The position numbers were made by a program, and so were the translations under genes. Positions 54,446 through 63,366 of a stretch of DNA of 64,000 nucleotides are shown one piece after another. The notes under the pieces are model-generated. The model did not search any database and was not told the DNA's origin. It was given only the letters and a program-made list of their open reading frames with translations. Source of the DNA: Cyanobacteria bacterium REEB446. GTDB taxonomy: Bacteria; Cyanobacteriota; Vampirovibrionia; LMEP-6097. The DNA lies in the NCBI GenBank assembly GCA_018970325.1, contig JAGWWP010000002.1, positions 24,693-88,692 of the forward strand. Reading direction: 5' to 3'. The stretch's first letter is position 1. Each line of letters starts with the position of its first letter.

Positions 54446-54492
54446 GTATAAGATTATATCAATAAACTTTAGTGCTATTATTCTTTTTTGAT

Positions 54493-55380
54493 ATGAGTGG
54501 TCCCAACTTTTCAGACTTTTTCGGCTCAAATAATTCTAATCACTTTGATCCAGATGACTTTTTCGGCAAGCATAAAATAAAAATTTTTACCATTGTCGCA
54601 CTGTTTTTCGTAGTGCCTAATTTAGTTATCCTCGTAGGAGCTGGTCAGAGAGCTGTAATCTTTAATAGAGTTATCGGTATGGAACAGAGAGTACTAGAAG
54701 AGGGGATTCAGTTCGTAATTCCGATACTTCAACAAGCCACTATTTATAACGTAAGGGAGATTAGTTATATATTTAGTAATTCTGCTGAGCGTTCTAAAAA
54801 CGGAGCTAAGATACTTGGAAATTCTATAGATACTTTAACTTCAGATGGGCAGAATATTTCAGTAGATGTAACGGTAAGGGCTAGACCAGATTTTAAGCAG
54901 CTGTGGTGGCTGCATCAGCAGATCGGTAATGATAGTTATAATTCATATGTAAATAAAGTAATTAACCCAATAGTCAGAAGTATGGTTAGAGAGGTTATCG
55001 CAGGCTATACCGTTTCTGCTATTTATAGTGAAGATAGAAGGGTTATCGCTGATAAAATCTCTAAGTCTTTAGATAAACATTTAGCTAAATATAAAGTGGT
55101 TTTGACGGAGTTTCTTTTAGATGAAGTTACTTTCTCTGCTGCTTACCAGAGTGCGATTGAAGAGAAGCAGCGTGCAAGAATTGAATTAGATACTAAGGAT
55201 AATATTATTGTTGAAAAGCAGAATGACAGAGATGCTGTTATCACGAGAGCTGAAGGTGAGGCTGAAGCTATTAAATTAAAAGTAGATGCTTTAAATCGTT
55301 TCGGTAATTCCTATGTTAAGTACAGAAAAGCACAAGTTCTTGGTAAGAGAACTAAACTTATAATAAATGATGATCTGTAA
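54493..55380 (+). CDS. SPFH/band-7 (HflK/C-prohibitin-like) membrane protein 1
   Basis: N-terminal TM (IFTIVALFFVVPNLVILV) followed by an SPFH-domain pattern and a coiled-coil tail. The listed GTG at 54472 is a possible alternative start. Confidence 0.65.
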   Translation: MSGPNFSDFFGSNNSNHFDPDDFFGKHKIKIFTIVALFFVVPNLVILVGAGQRAVIFNRVIGMEQRVLEEGIQFVIPILQQATIYNVREISYIFSNSAERSKNGAKILGNSIDTLTSDGQNISVDVTVRARPDFKQLWWLHQQIGNDSYNSYVNKVINPIVRSMVREVIAGYTVSAIYSEDRRVIADKISKSLDKHLAKYKVVLTEFLLDEVTFSAAYQSAIEEKQRARIELDTKDNIIVEKQNDRDAVITRAEGEAEAIKLKVDALNRFGNSYVKYRKAQVLGKRTKLIINDDL

Positions 55381-55422
55381 TTCTTTGGGGAAGGTGTTTC
55401 TAGCTAAGTGCGAGGTTTATAA

Positions 55423-56313
55423 ATGAAAGATTTGAATATATTTGGATTAAAGATAAAAAAAGAAATGTTTTTGGTGATTTCTTTTGCTATTCTAGCTTTA
55501 CTCTCGCAGTCAATGCGTATCATTGACGTGGGCAGAACTGGTGTCATCTTTAACATTAAAGATGGTGTTCAGGATAAGCCTTTAAGAGAGGGTTTGCATT
55601 TTTTATTACCGTTTGTTCAGAGTCTAATAGTCTTTGATACACGCATTAATACTTATACTTTTACTAAAGATGCCATGGACCCAGGGCGCCTAGGGAATCC
55701 TATAGTTGCTAAGACTGGTGACGGTCAAATAGTCGGTATAGAGATGTCTATACTAACTCAGATGATTCAGGAAAGGGCTCCAGAAGTTTATCAAAAACTT
55801 AGAACTGATTATGCACCTGTACTTAAAGCTAAAACGGGTAAAGTAATGCAGGAAGTTATCGCAAGGCACGTAGCGGATGCTTTATATACTGAGGACACTA
55901 GGAAAATAGTTTCTAGCGAAGCTAAGGAATATTTATCTAAATCCTTTGCTGAGTCAGGTTTTAAACTGAATGATTTATTTATTAGAAGAATAGAATTTTC
56001 GCCAGAATATATAGAGGCGATAGAAAGTAAGCAGATCGCTTTACAGAAGGCTCAGCTAGCTCATATACGCAAGGAAATAGCTTTAAAAGAAAAGCTGATA
56101 TCTATTATTCAGGGTGAAGGTAACGCTAAGCAAGTAGAAGTCAAAGGACGTGCTATTCAGGCAAATCCGATGGTAGCTGATTTAGAGTATTTAGATGCTA
56201 TAGAAAACAATCCAGATGTGCCTGTAATCATCGGTTTGAAGGGAAATACTTTTGTTAATTTAGATAAATTACTTGAAAATACTTTACAGCCGCAGGCAAA
56301 GAAAAAACAGTAG
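55423..56313 (+). CDS. SPFH/band-7 membrane protein 2
   Basis: N-terminal TM plus an SPFH-domain pattern. It pairs with the preceding gene as in hflK/hflC. Confidence 0.65.
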   Translation: MKDLNIFGLKIKKEMFLVISFAILALLSQSMRIIDVGRTGVIFNIKDGVQDKPLREGLHFLLPFVQSLIVFDTRINTYTFTKDAMDPGRLGNPIVAKTGDGQIVGIEMSILTQMIQERAPEVYQKLRTDYAPVLKAKTGKVMQEVIARHVADALYTEDTRKIVSSEAKEYLSKSFAESGFKLNDLFIRRIEFSPEYIEAIESKQIALQKAQLAHIRKEIALKEKLISIIQGEGNAKQVEVKGRAIQANPMVADLEYLDAIENNPDVPVIIGLKGNTFVNLDKLLENTLQPQAKKKQ

Positions 56314-56363
56314 ATATTAATTTCATGTAGCTTTCGCTGCGTAGATTTTACAGGAAATGATTT

Positions 56364-57461
56364 ATGGTATTTAGAGGTTTAAAAACATGGCTGCCATCTG
56401 ACGTTAGAAAGCAGCTCGCGATAAAAAATAAGCTGGTAGCTCTTTATGAAAAATGGTCTTATGAGCCAATAGTAGTGCAGAGTTTAGTAGATTTAGATGT
56501 TATAAATAGGGCGAATAAAAAATTTACCGATAAAACTTTTACATTTCTAGATAAAGATGGTGAGACTCTTGCTCTGAGAACAGAGATGACTCAGCCTATC
56601 GCTAAGGCGATAGCAGGCAGGGCTCAAGAACTTCAGTTCCCAGTGAAGCTTTACTATAACGCTTCTGTCTATCGTTATAAAGGCACTCCTACTGATGAAT
56701 CTAGAGAAATACAGCAAGTCGGCATAGAGTATGTCGGTGCTAAAGCTGAAGAGAATTTTTCCGATTATGAAGTACTGCAACTAATGATAGATTCTATTGA
56801 GGGGTTAGGCGTAAGTGATTATCAAATATGCATCACCGACGCTAAAATCTGGCATAGCTTATTTACTAAATTTAACAAACCAGTCCCAGTAATCAGTTCA
56901 GAGGCTTCCTCTAGCCATGATTTAATTACTAAGGCTTATAACCTTTTACTTAAAGGTGAATTTGTCGCATTTGAAAAATTAGCTGCTGAAGAAAGTTTTC
57001 TTAAGTGTCTTTATAGCCGAGAGCAAATAAGCTTATCTATTCCAAATGAAGAGAAGTTGAAAAGAGTTGAGAAGGATTTAGGTTTAGATTTAAGTCACTT
57101 AAAGAGTTTGGCTCAGCTTTCTTCTAAAATAGTCTTCGCGCCTTATCAGTGTCCAGATCTAAAGCTCTATACAGGACTGCATTTTAAGCTGTTAATTAAA
57201 GGACAGGGTAATGATATCGCTATGGGTGGTAGATACGATAATCTATATTCAAGCTTTGGTATCGATCTGCCAGCGATAGGTTTCGCTTTTTATGTGCAAA
57301 GATTAATTTCAGCATTATCTAATTTAGATCTTTTAGATAATTTTTCTACTGATAAGCTTCCGAAGAAGCTTTCTCCAGCTACTAAAGAATGGGGGGATGT
57401 TTATAAAGCAGCTCAGCTTGAGTTTGAGAAAGGAGCGAATGTTTTAATATGCAACAAGTGA
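56364..57461 (+). CDS. hisZ: ATP phosphoribosyltransferase regulatory subunit (HisRS-like, no anticodon-binding domain)
   Basis: Class II aaRS-like catalytic core (motif-2-like LRTEMTQP, GGRYD) without a C-terminal anticodon domain. It overlaps hisG by 13 nt. Confidence 0.7.
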   Translation: MVFRGLKTWLPSDVRKQLAIKNKLVALYEKWSYEPIVVQSLVDLDVINRANKKFTDKTFTFLDKDGETLALRTEMTQPIAKAIAGRAQELQFPVKLYYNASVYRYKGTPTDESREIQQVGIEYVGAKAEENFSDYEVLQLMIDSIEGLGVSDYQICITDAKIWHSLFTKFNKPVPVISSEASSSHDLITKAYNLLLKGEFVAFEKLAAEESFLKCLYSREQISLSIPNEEKLKRVEKDLGLDLSHLKSLAQLSSKIVFAPYQCPDLKLYTGLHFKLLIKGQGNDIAMGGRYDNLYSSFGIDLPAIGFAFYVQRLISALSNLDLLDNFSTDKLPKKLSPATKEWGDVYKAAQLEFEKGANVLICNK

Positions 57462-58087
57462 AAATAGCTTTATCTAAAGGCGCTCTTTTAGAAGGTGCTA
57501 TAGAGTTTTTTAGTAAAGCTGGTATTGAAATTGAAAATGGTGAAGATGCGAAACGTAAATTAATTCGCCGCAGTACTATTCATAATGAGGCTTTTAAAGA
57601 CTATGATATTCAATTCCTTATGGTAAGAGGGCATGATGTGCCAGTCTATGTAGAACATGGTGCTGCTGACTTCGGTATAGTAGGGCTAGACGTGATTTTA
57701 GATTCTAGGGCTAAGGTGCATCAGCTTCAGGATTTAAAATATGGGGCTTGTGATCTCTGTGTCTGTTCTGTGCAAGGCAAGTATAAGAGTGTCTCTGAGC
57801 TGCCTAGCTATACACGTGTTGCAACGACCTTTCCTAATTTAGCGAAAGATTTTTTTCACCAGCGCGCGCTTGAAGTTGAGATTATTAATCTTTATGGTTC
57901 TGTAGAACTCGCACCGCTTACTGATCTTACCGATGTGATTATAGATTTAGTGGCTACAGGAAAGACTTTAAAGGAAAATGGCTTAGAGCCTATTCATAAA
58001 ATTATGCATTGTACTGCTCATTTAATTGCTAATCCTACGGCGTTTGAGTTTTATAAGGGGTTTTTTGCTGGGCTTGTTGGGGAGTGA
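57449..58087 (+). CDS. hisG: ATP phosphoribosyltransferase (short form)
   Basis: MQQVKIALSKGALLEGAIEFFSKAGIEI...VATGKTLKENGL. The 212-aa short HisG needs HisZ. Confidence 0.85.
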   Translation: MQQVKIALSKGALLEGAIEFFSKAGIEIENGEDAKRKLIRRSTIHNEAFKDYDIQFLMVRGHDVPVYVEHGAADFGIVGLDVILDSRAKVHQLQDLKYGACDLCVCSVQGKYKSVSELPSYTRVATTFPNLAKDFFHQRALEVEIINLYGSVELAPLTDLTDVIIDLVATGKTLKENGLEPIHKIMHCTAHLIANPTAFEFYKGFFAGLVGE

Positions 58088-58096
58088 GTATGGGAT

Positions 58097-59551
58097 ATGT
58101 TTGAGCAGGCTTTTAAAAATATAGATGATATTCTTCACAAGGATGCAGGAGCTTCTAGTGAACTGGATTATGTAGAACAGAGTTCTTGGGTATTATTTCT
58201 AAAATATTTAGATGATTTAGAGAAAGATAGAAAGACTGAAGCTGAACTAGCAGGGAAAGAGTATAAATTTATTATAGAGCCAGAATATAGGTGGGAAACA
58301 TGGTCTGCACCTAAAAAAGAAGACGGTAAGCTAGATCATAATAAAGCACTTACAGGTGATGATTTAAAAAAATTTATAAATGAAAAATTATTTCCTTATC
58401 TGAAACGGTTTAGGCAAAACGCAGAAAATGCAGATACCATAGAATACAAGATAGGCGAGATTTTCAGTGAAATTAATAACAAAATCCAAAGTGGTTATGT
58501 CTTAAGAGATGTTCTGAATATTATTGATGGTCTTCGCTTTCGTTCTCAGGAAGAGAAACATGAGCTATCGCATTTATATGAAACTAAAATTAAAAACATG
58601 GGTAATGCAGGACGTAATGGAGGTGAATATTACACCCCTCGTTCACTTATTAAAACTATAGTTAAAGTAATAGCACCAAAGATTGGAAATAAAATTTATG
58701 ATGGTGCAGCTGGTTCTGCTGGCTTTTTGGTAGAGTCTTTCGATTACTTAAGAACCTCTAAAAAACTTTCTACCGAAGATTTAGAAATATTACAGAAAAG
58801 AACTTTTTATGGCAAAGAGAAAAAATCTTTAGCTTATATAATCGGCATCATGAATATGATACTTCACGGGATTGAAGCTCCAAATATTATTCATACTAAT
58901 ACTCTTGCAGAGAACATCGCAGATATTCAAGAAAAAGATCGTTATGATGTAATATTGGCTAATCCTCCCTTCGGTGGTAAAGAAAGATCGGAAGTGCAGC
59001 AGAATTTTCCTATTAAAACAGGAGAGACAGCTTTTCTTTTTTTACAGCATTTTATTAAAATTTTAAAAGCTGGTGGTAAAGCAGCTATAGTTATAAAAAA
59101 TACTTTTTTATCTAACACTGATACTGCTTCAATTTCACTCAGGAAGTATCTTTTAGAGACTTGTGATTTACATACTATTTTAGATTTACCAGGTGGTACT
59201 TTTACTGGTGCTGGAGTTAAAACAATAGTATTGTTTTTTGAGAAAGGCTCTTCCACTCAGAAGATTTGGTATTATCAGTTAAACCTTAATCGTAATCTAG
59301 GTAAGACTAATCCACTTACGGAGAGTGATCTAGTAGATTTCATTACACTACAGCAGACTAAATCTGATTCTGAAAACTCTTGGACGCTTAAAGTCTCTGA
59401 TATAGATCTTGATACTTATGATTTATCAGTTAAGAATCCTAATCGTAATAATGAAGTAATTTTACGTGAGCCTAAAGAGATTCTAGAAGAAATTAAAAAG
59501 CTTGATCAAGAAAGTGAGATGATATTAGAGCGAATAGGAGCCTTACTGTGA
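58097..59551 (+). CDS. hsdM: Type I restriction-modification system N6-adenine DNA methyltransferase subunit
   Basis: N-terminal HsdM_N pattern (VLFLKYLDD), an AdoMet motif I region, and the catalytic LANPPFGG. It starts 9 nt after hisG. Confidence 0.85.
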   Translation: MFEQAFKNIDDILHKDAGASSELDYVEQSSWVLFLKYLDDLEKDRKTEAELAGKEYKFIIEPEYRWETWSAPKKEDGKLDHNKALTGDDLKKFINEKLFPYLKRFRQNAENADTIEYKIGEIFSEINNKIQSGYVLRDVLNIIDGLRFRSQEEKHELSHLYETKIKNMGNAGRNGGEYYTPRSLIKTIVKVIAPKIGNKIYDGAAGSAGFLVESFDYLRTSKKLSTEDLEILQKRTFYGKEKKSLAYIIGIMNMILHGIEAPNIIHTNTLAENIADIQEKDRYDVILANPPFGGKERSEVQQNFPIKTGETAFLFLQHFIKILKAGGKAAIVIKNTFLSNTDTASISLRKYLLETCDLHTILDLPGGTFTGAGVKTIVLFFEKGSSTQKIWYYQLNLNRNLGKTNPLTESDLVDFITLQQTKSDSENSWTLKVSDIDLDTYDLSVKNPNRNNEVILREPKEILEEIKKLDQESEMILERIGALL

Positions 59552-60387
59552 CAGAAGATTTAAGTGTTTTTGAAGACTATAAAATTAGACGAATCTATGA
59601 TGAAGAAAAAGAGATTTGGTATTTTTCAGTTATCGATATTATTCAGATACTCACAGAGCAGGAAGATTATCAGAAAGCCAGAAAATACTGGAATAAGCTT
59701 AAAGAAAGGCTAAAAGAAGAGGGTTCTGAACTGGTGACATTTTGTCACCAGTTGAAAATGCCAGCTAGTGATGGAAAATTGCGAAATACTGATGTCGCAG
59801 CACCAGAGACACTTTTAAGGCTTATTCAGTCGGTTCCTAGTCCTAAAGCTGAGCCTGTTAAATTATGGCTTGCTAAGGTTGGCTATGAACGTATGCAAGA
59901 GATGGCAGATCCAGAACTGTCTTTAGATCGTGCTCGTGATACTTGGCAGAAACATGGACGCAGTGAAAAGTGGATTCAGCAGAGGATGATGGGGCAGGAG
60001 ACCCGTAATAAGCTTACTGACTACTGGGATAAGGCTGGCATTAAGAAAGGTCAAGAATACGCTATCTTAACGAATATTATTCATCAAGAATGGGCTGGGC
60101 TTAGTGTGAAAGAGCATAAAGCTCTGAAAAAATTAAAGACACAGAATCTTAGAGATCATATGAGTGAGGCTGAGTTAATATTTACAGCTCTAGCAGAGCT
60201 TTCCACGAGGCAAATCGCTGAAACGATGGAAGCTAAAGGGATGCAAGAGAATAAGGCTGCAAGTAAACAGGGAGGGGGTATAGCAAAGAAAGCTAGGTTG
60301 GAGCTGGAAGAGAAGACGGGGAAGAAGGTTATTTCAGAAGGTAGTTATTTAGAGGGGGAGAAGCAGGTTAAGGGAAAGAAAAAGTAA
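59548..60387 (+). CDS. Bro-N domain protein (DinD-like; R-M-associated)
   Basis: N-terminal FEDYKIRRIYDEEKEIWYFSVIDIIQILTE fits the Bro-N/antirepressor N-domain pattern. The GTG start overlaps the hsdM TGA (cTGTGAca). Confidence 0.55.
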   Translation: MTEDLSVFEDYKIRRIYDEEKEIWYFSVIDIIQILTEQEDYQKARKYWNKLKERLKEEGSELVTFCHQLKMPASDGKLRNTDVAAPETLLRLIQSVPSPKAEPVKLWLAKVGYERMQEMADPELSLDRARDTWQKHGRSEKWIQQRMMGQETRNKLTDYWDKAGIKKGQEYAILTNIIHQEWAGLSVKEHKALKKLKTQNLRDHMSEAELIFTALAELSTRQIAETMEAKGMQENKAASKQGGGIAKKARLELEEKTGKKVISEGSYLEGEKQVKGKKK

Positions 60388-60389
60388 TT

Positions 60390-61604
60390 ATGGTAACAAA
60401 GGTTACTAAAAAACCTGATGGTGGTTATTATGCGATTAAAGGATTTGCATATCAAATTGATAAGGCTATGTTAGAGCTATTAGATACAAAAAAATCTGAA
60501 GCAGAGATATTTATTGAAAATATTCAAGATATTGATTCAGAAAGCTTTGTAATGCAAATAAAATATAAAGAAACACAAAAATTTAGTAACTCTAAAATAA
60601 AAGAACCAGTAATTCAATTAATTGATGAGTTTTTAAATAATAAGAATGAATCTAAAAAATATTACCTCTATTGTTTTTTCAAAGATCGTAATGCCACAGA
60701 TACAGGAAGCTTATCATTAGAGGAATTAAATAAAATTCTTGGGAAGAAATCTAATCAATATGAGGATGAAGATAAAAATTCCTTTTTGGAAAATTTTAAA
60801 TTAGATTTTTCGCCTAGCTTTCAAGAGCAATTTGATAAAGTTATTGAAAAAATTAACAGTACCTTCGGAAGTTCTAATCAGAAGGAAGCGATGTTTTATT
60901 ATTCACAGATTGACTATCAAATTAGAAAAATCATTCTTAATAACCCAAATCCTCAAAGTCGAAAATGCAACAAGAAGGAAATTATAGAGATAGTAAAAAG
61001 AAACAAAGAGATTATTTTCAATTCTAGCTTCCAAGAGTATTTGGGTAAGGAAGCTTATTTTAAGTTCATTGCTTCTAAATGTCAATCTCCAAATAAACAG
61101 CAAGAGAATTGTTTTTTATTTGGTCATATTGAGGATTCTAAGGGTTTATCTATCCAGTCTTTACTTGAAGAGTTAGTCATATACTATTTCACGAAAGCTA
61201 ACTATGAAATAAAGCCATTGGTCTTTATCTTTCAAGATAAAGAGAAAGCGAATACAGTAAAAAAACATTTTATAAGAAAGGAACTTTTTTTTAATGACGG
61301 TTATGAATCAATAGAATTTAATCATAAAGCATTTTCAAGAAAAGCATTAACGAAACGCAAAATGCTTAAGAACGAAAAACCCTCTGATACTCTTCAGGAC
61401 ATTTCATTTAAAGCTAGAATCATTTCTCTGGAGTCCATTCAAGGCACTTCTGACTTCAATTACACGCCAGATCGACTCTATTTATTTGATTGTGATATTG
61501 ATAAAGTAAGCCCGCAATCTTTATTAAAGGGCAATATAACAAATACAGAAGGGCTAAGCACACTTGATATTCAAAAGTTATTCATAAGTAAAAAAGGAGT
61601 TTAG
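60390..61604 (+). CDS. Hypothetical protein with an N-terminal PD-(D/E)xK-like nuclease motif; candidate DUF4297/Cap4-nuclease-like partner of the downstream HerA ATPase
   Basis: The N-terminus GGYYAIKGFAYQIDKA...EIFIENIQDIDSES FVMQIKYKE gives G-F-x-YQ, then E..D.D...Q.K spacing like the D/E-x-K restriction-endonuclease fold. About 250 aa of uncharacterised helical C-terminus follow. The start is 2 nt after the upstream stop. Confidence 0.4.
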   Translation: MVTKVTKKPDGGYYAIKGFAYQIDKAMLELLDTKKSEAEIFIENIQDIDSESFVMQIKYKETQKFSNSKIKEPVIQLIDEFLNNKNESKKYYLYCFFKDRNATDTGSLSLEELNKILGKKSNQYEDEDKNSFLENFKLDFSPSFQEQFDKVIEKINSTFGSSNQKEAMFYYSQIDYQIRKIILNNPNPQSRKCNKKEIIEIVKRNKEIIFNSSFQEYLGKEAYFKFIASKCQSPNKQQENCFLFGHIEDSKGLSIQSLLEELVIYYFTKANYEIKPLVFIFQDKEKANTVKKHFIRKELFFNDGYESIEFNHKAFSRKALTKRKMLKNEKPSDTLQDISFKARIISLESIQGTSDFNYTPDRLYLFDCDIDKVSPQSLLKGNITNTEGLSTLDIQKLFISKKGV

Positions 61605-61608
61605 TACA

Positions 61609-63342
61609 GTGGATTCAGACAATTTTAAAATTATAAATGTTTCAAAAGATTCAGTAACAATAGAGATATTAGATTCTGCTAAATTTGATGATCAGTTTAA
61701 TATCGGAAGTTATATAAAAATCCCATATAAAAATAAAGAAAACTATTTTATTATCGGAATTATTAATGATTATAAAGTTAAGAATCTTGACGCTGCAAAT
61801 CCAGATGGTGAGAGCCTTAGTAATCATTTTGTTATAAATGTGCAGTTAATTGGATCTTACGGCAAGGAGAAGGAAAAGTTTATTTTCACAAGAGGCTCTC
61901 ACGGAATTCCACTACCCCCAAGCAATGGCATTGAGCTGTTATCTAAGGACGATTATGAAAATATATATGGCTCAAGTATTAAAGACTCTCAGAGATTTAC
62001 TTTCTCTAAATTGTTACAGAATGGCGGAATACCAGTACGTTGCAATGGCAATAAATTTTTTAATAAGCATTTTGCCATTGTTGGCTCTACTGGATCTGGT
62101 AAATCTCATACTGTAGCATCGGTTTTACAACAAGCAATCAAGGAAAAGGAAGAAGGCTTTGAGGGGCTTAATAATTCCCATATTATTATTTTTGATATCC
62201 ATGGAGAATATCAAAAAGCTTTCCCTGAGGGTAATCACATCAATTCAGAGAATATAAAGCTCCCTTACTGGCTATTTGACAGTGATGAATTAAGTGATTT
62301 ATTTATAGAGAGTAGTGAAAGCAATTCTCACAATCAAGTTTCCCAGTTTCGTTTTGCGGTGACCCAAAATAAGAAAAAGCATAATCCATTACAAGCTCAG
62401 GAAAAAATATATTTTGATTCACCCTTCAAATTTAGTATTGATGAGGTAATTAACTATATTAAAAATATTAATAGTGAGTTAATTAACAAGAAAAATTCAA
62501 GAATTCCTGAAGACAAGACGGGTAAAAAGTTTCTTAATAGATTACCAGAATATTTTAATCAAGAATATAGCTTTGACAAGACAAATGGTGATTTTGTTAA
62601 AGGTCCTTATACTGATGATTTTGAGCGTTTTATACTCAGACTGGAAGCTACCATAAAGAATCCTCGTCTGAAATTTTTATTCGAGAATGTAGATAATTTT
62701 TCTTTAGAAAGTGTGCTCAAACAATTTTTAGGTTACGAAAACAAGAAAGCAAATATTACAGTTATTGATCTATCTGGTATTCCTTTTGAAGTTTTAAGTA
62801 TTACAGTGTCTTTAATTTCAAGAATATTGTTTGAATATGGCTACTATTATAAAAAAATGTTGTCGGAGAGAGAGCTTTGTGAAACACCAATTCTGCTGGT
62901 TTATGAAGAAGCTCATAAATATGTTCCAAGAAGTGATCTCGTTAAATATCGTGCATCAAAGAATGCTATAGAGAGAATTGCGAAAGAAGGTAGAAAGTAT
63001 GGTGTTACTCTAGGCATTGTAAGTCAGAGACCATCTGAGATTTCAGAAACAATTTTTTCTCAGTGTAATAATTTCCTGGTAATGAGATTAACTAATCCTG
63101 ATGATCAAAATTATGTAAAGAAGCTCTTACCTGATACCCTTGCTGATTTTACAAACCAATTATCTTCATTACAAGCAGGAGAAGCATTAGTGATTGGTGA
63201 ATCTATTGTATTGCCATCTCTGATAAAAATAAATTTCCCTGAAAATGAACCTGAATCTACAGATATACCATATCTAGAACTTTGGAAACAAAAATGGAAA
63301 GACGTTGATTTTGATTCAGTTGCCAAAAAATGGAAGTTATAG
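61609..63342 (+). CDS. HerA/FtsK-superfamily (DUF87-type) ATPase
   Basis: Walker A FAIVGSTGSGKSH, Walker B ILLVYEEAHKYVP, and the downstream GRKYGVTLGIVSQRPSEISETIFSQCNNFLVMRLTNPDDQ typical of HerA-like helicases. GTG start 4 nt after the upstream stop, with AAGGAG 10 nt upstream. Confidence 0.7.
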   Translation: MDSDNFKIINVSKDSVTIEILDSAKFDDQFNIGSYIKIPYKNKENYFIIGIINDYKVKNLDAANPDGESLSNHFVINVQLIGSYGKEKEKFIFTRGSHGIPLPPSNGIELLSKDDYENIYGSSIKDSQRFTFSKLLQNGGIPVRCNGNKFFNKHFAIVGSTGSGKSHTVASVLQQAIKEKEEGFEGLNNSHIIIFDIHGEYQKAFPEGNHINSENIKLPYWLFDSDELSDLFIESSESNSHNQVSQFRFAVTQNKKKHNPLQAQEKIYFDSPFKFSIDEVINYIKNINSELINKKNSRIPEDKTGKKFLNRLPEYFNQEYSFDKTNGDFVKGPYTDDFERFILRLEATIKNPRLKFLFENVDNFSLESVLKQFLGYENKKANITVIDLSGIPFEVLSITVSLISRILFEYGYYYKKMLSERELCETPILLVYEEAHKYVPRSDLVKYRASKNAIERIAKEGRKYGVTLGIVSQRPSEISETIFSQCNNFLVMRLTNPDDQNYVKKLLPDTLADFTNQLSSLQAGEALVIGESIVLPSLIKINFPENEPESTDIPYLELWKQKWKDVDFDSVAKKWKL

Positions 63343-63366
63343 AATGTGTCAGTGTGGAGATAAGCT

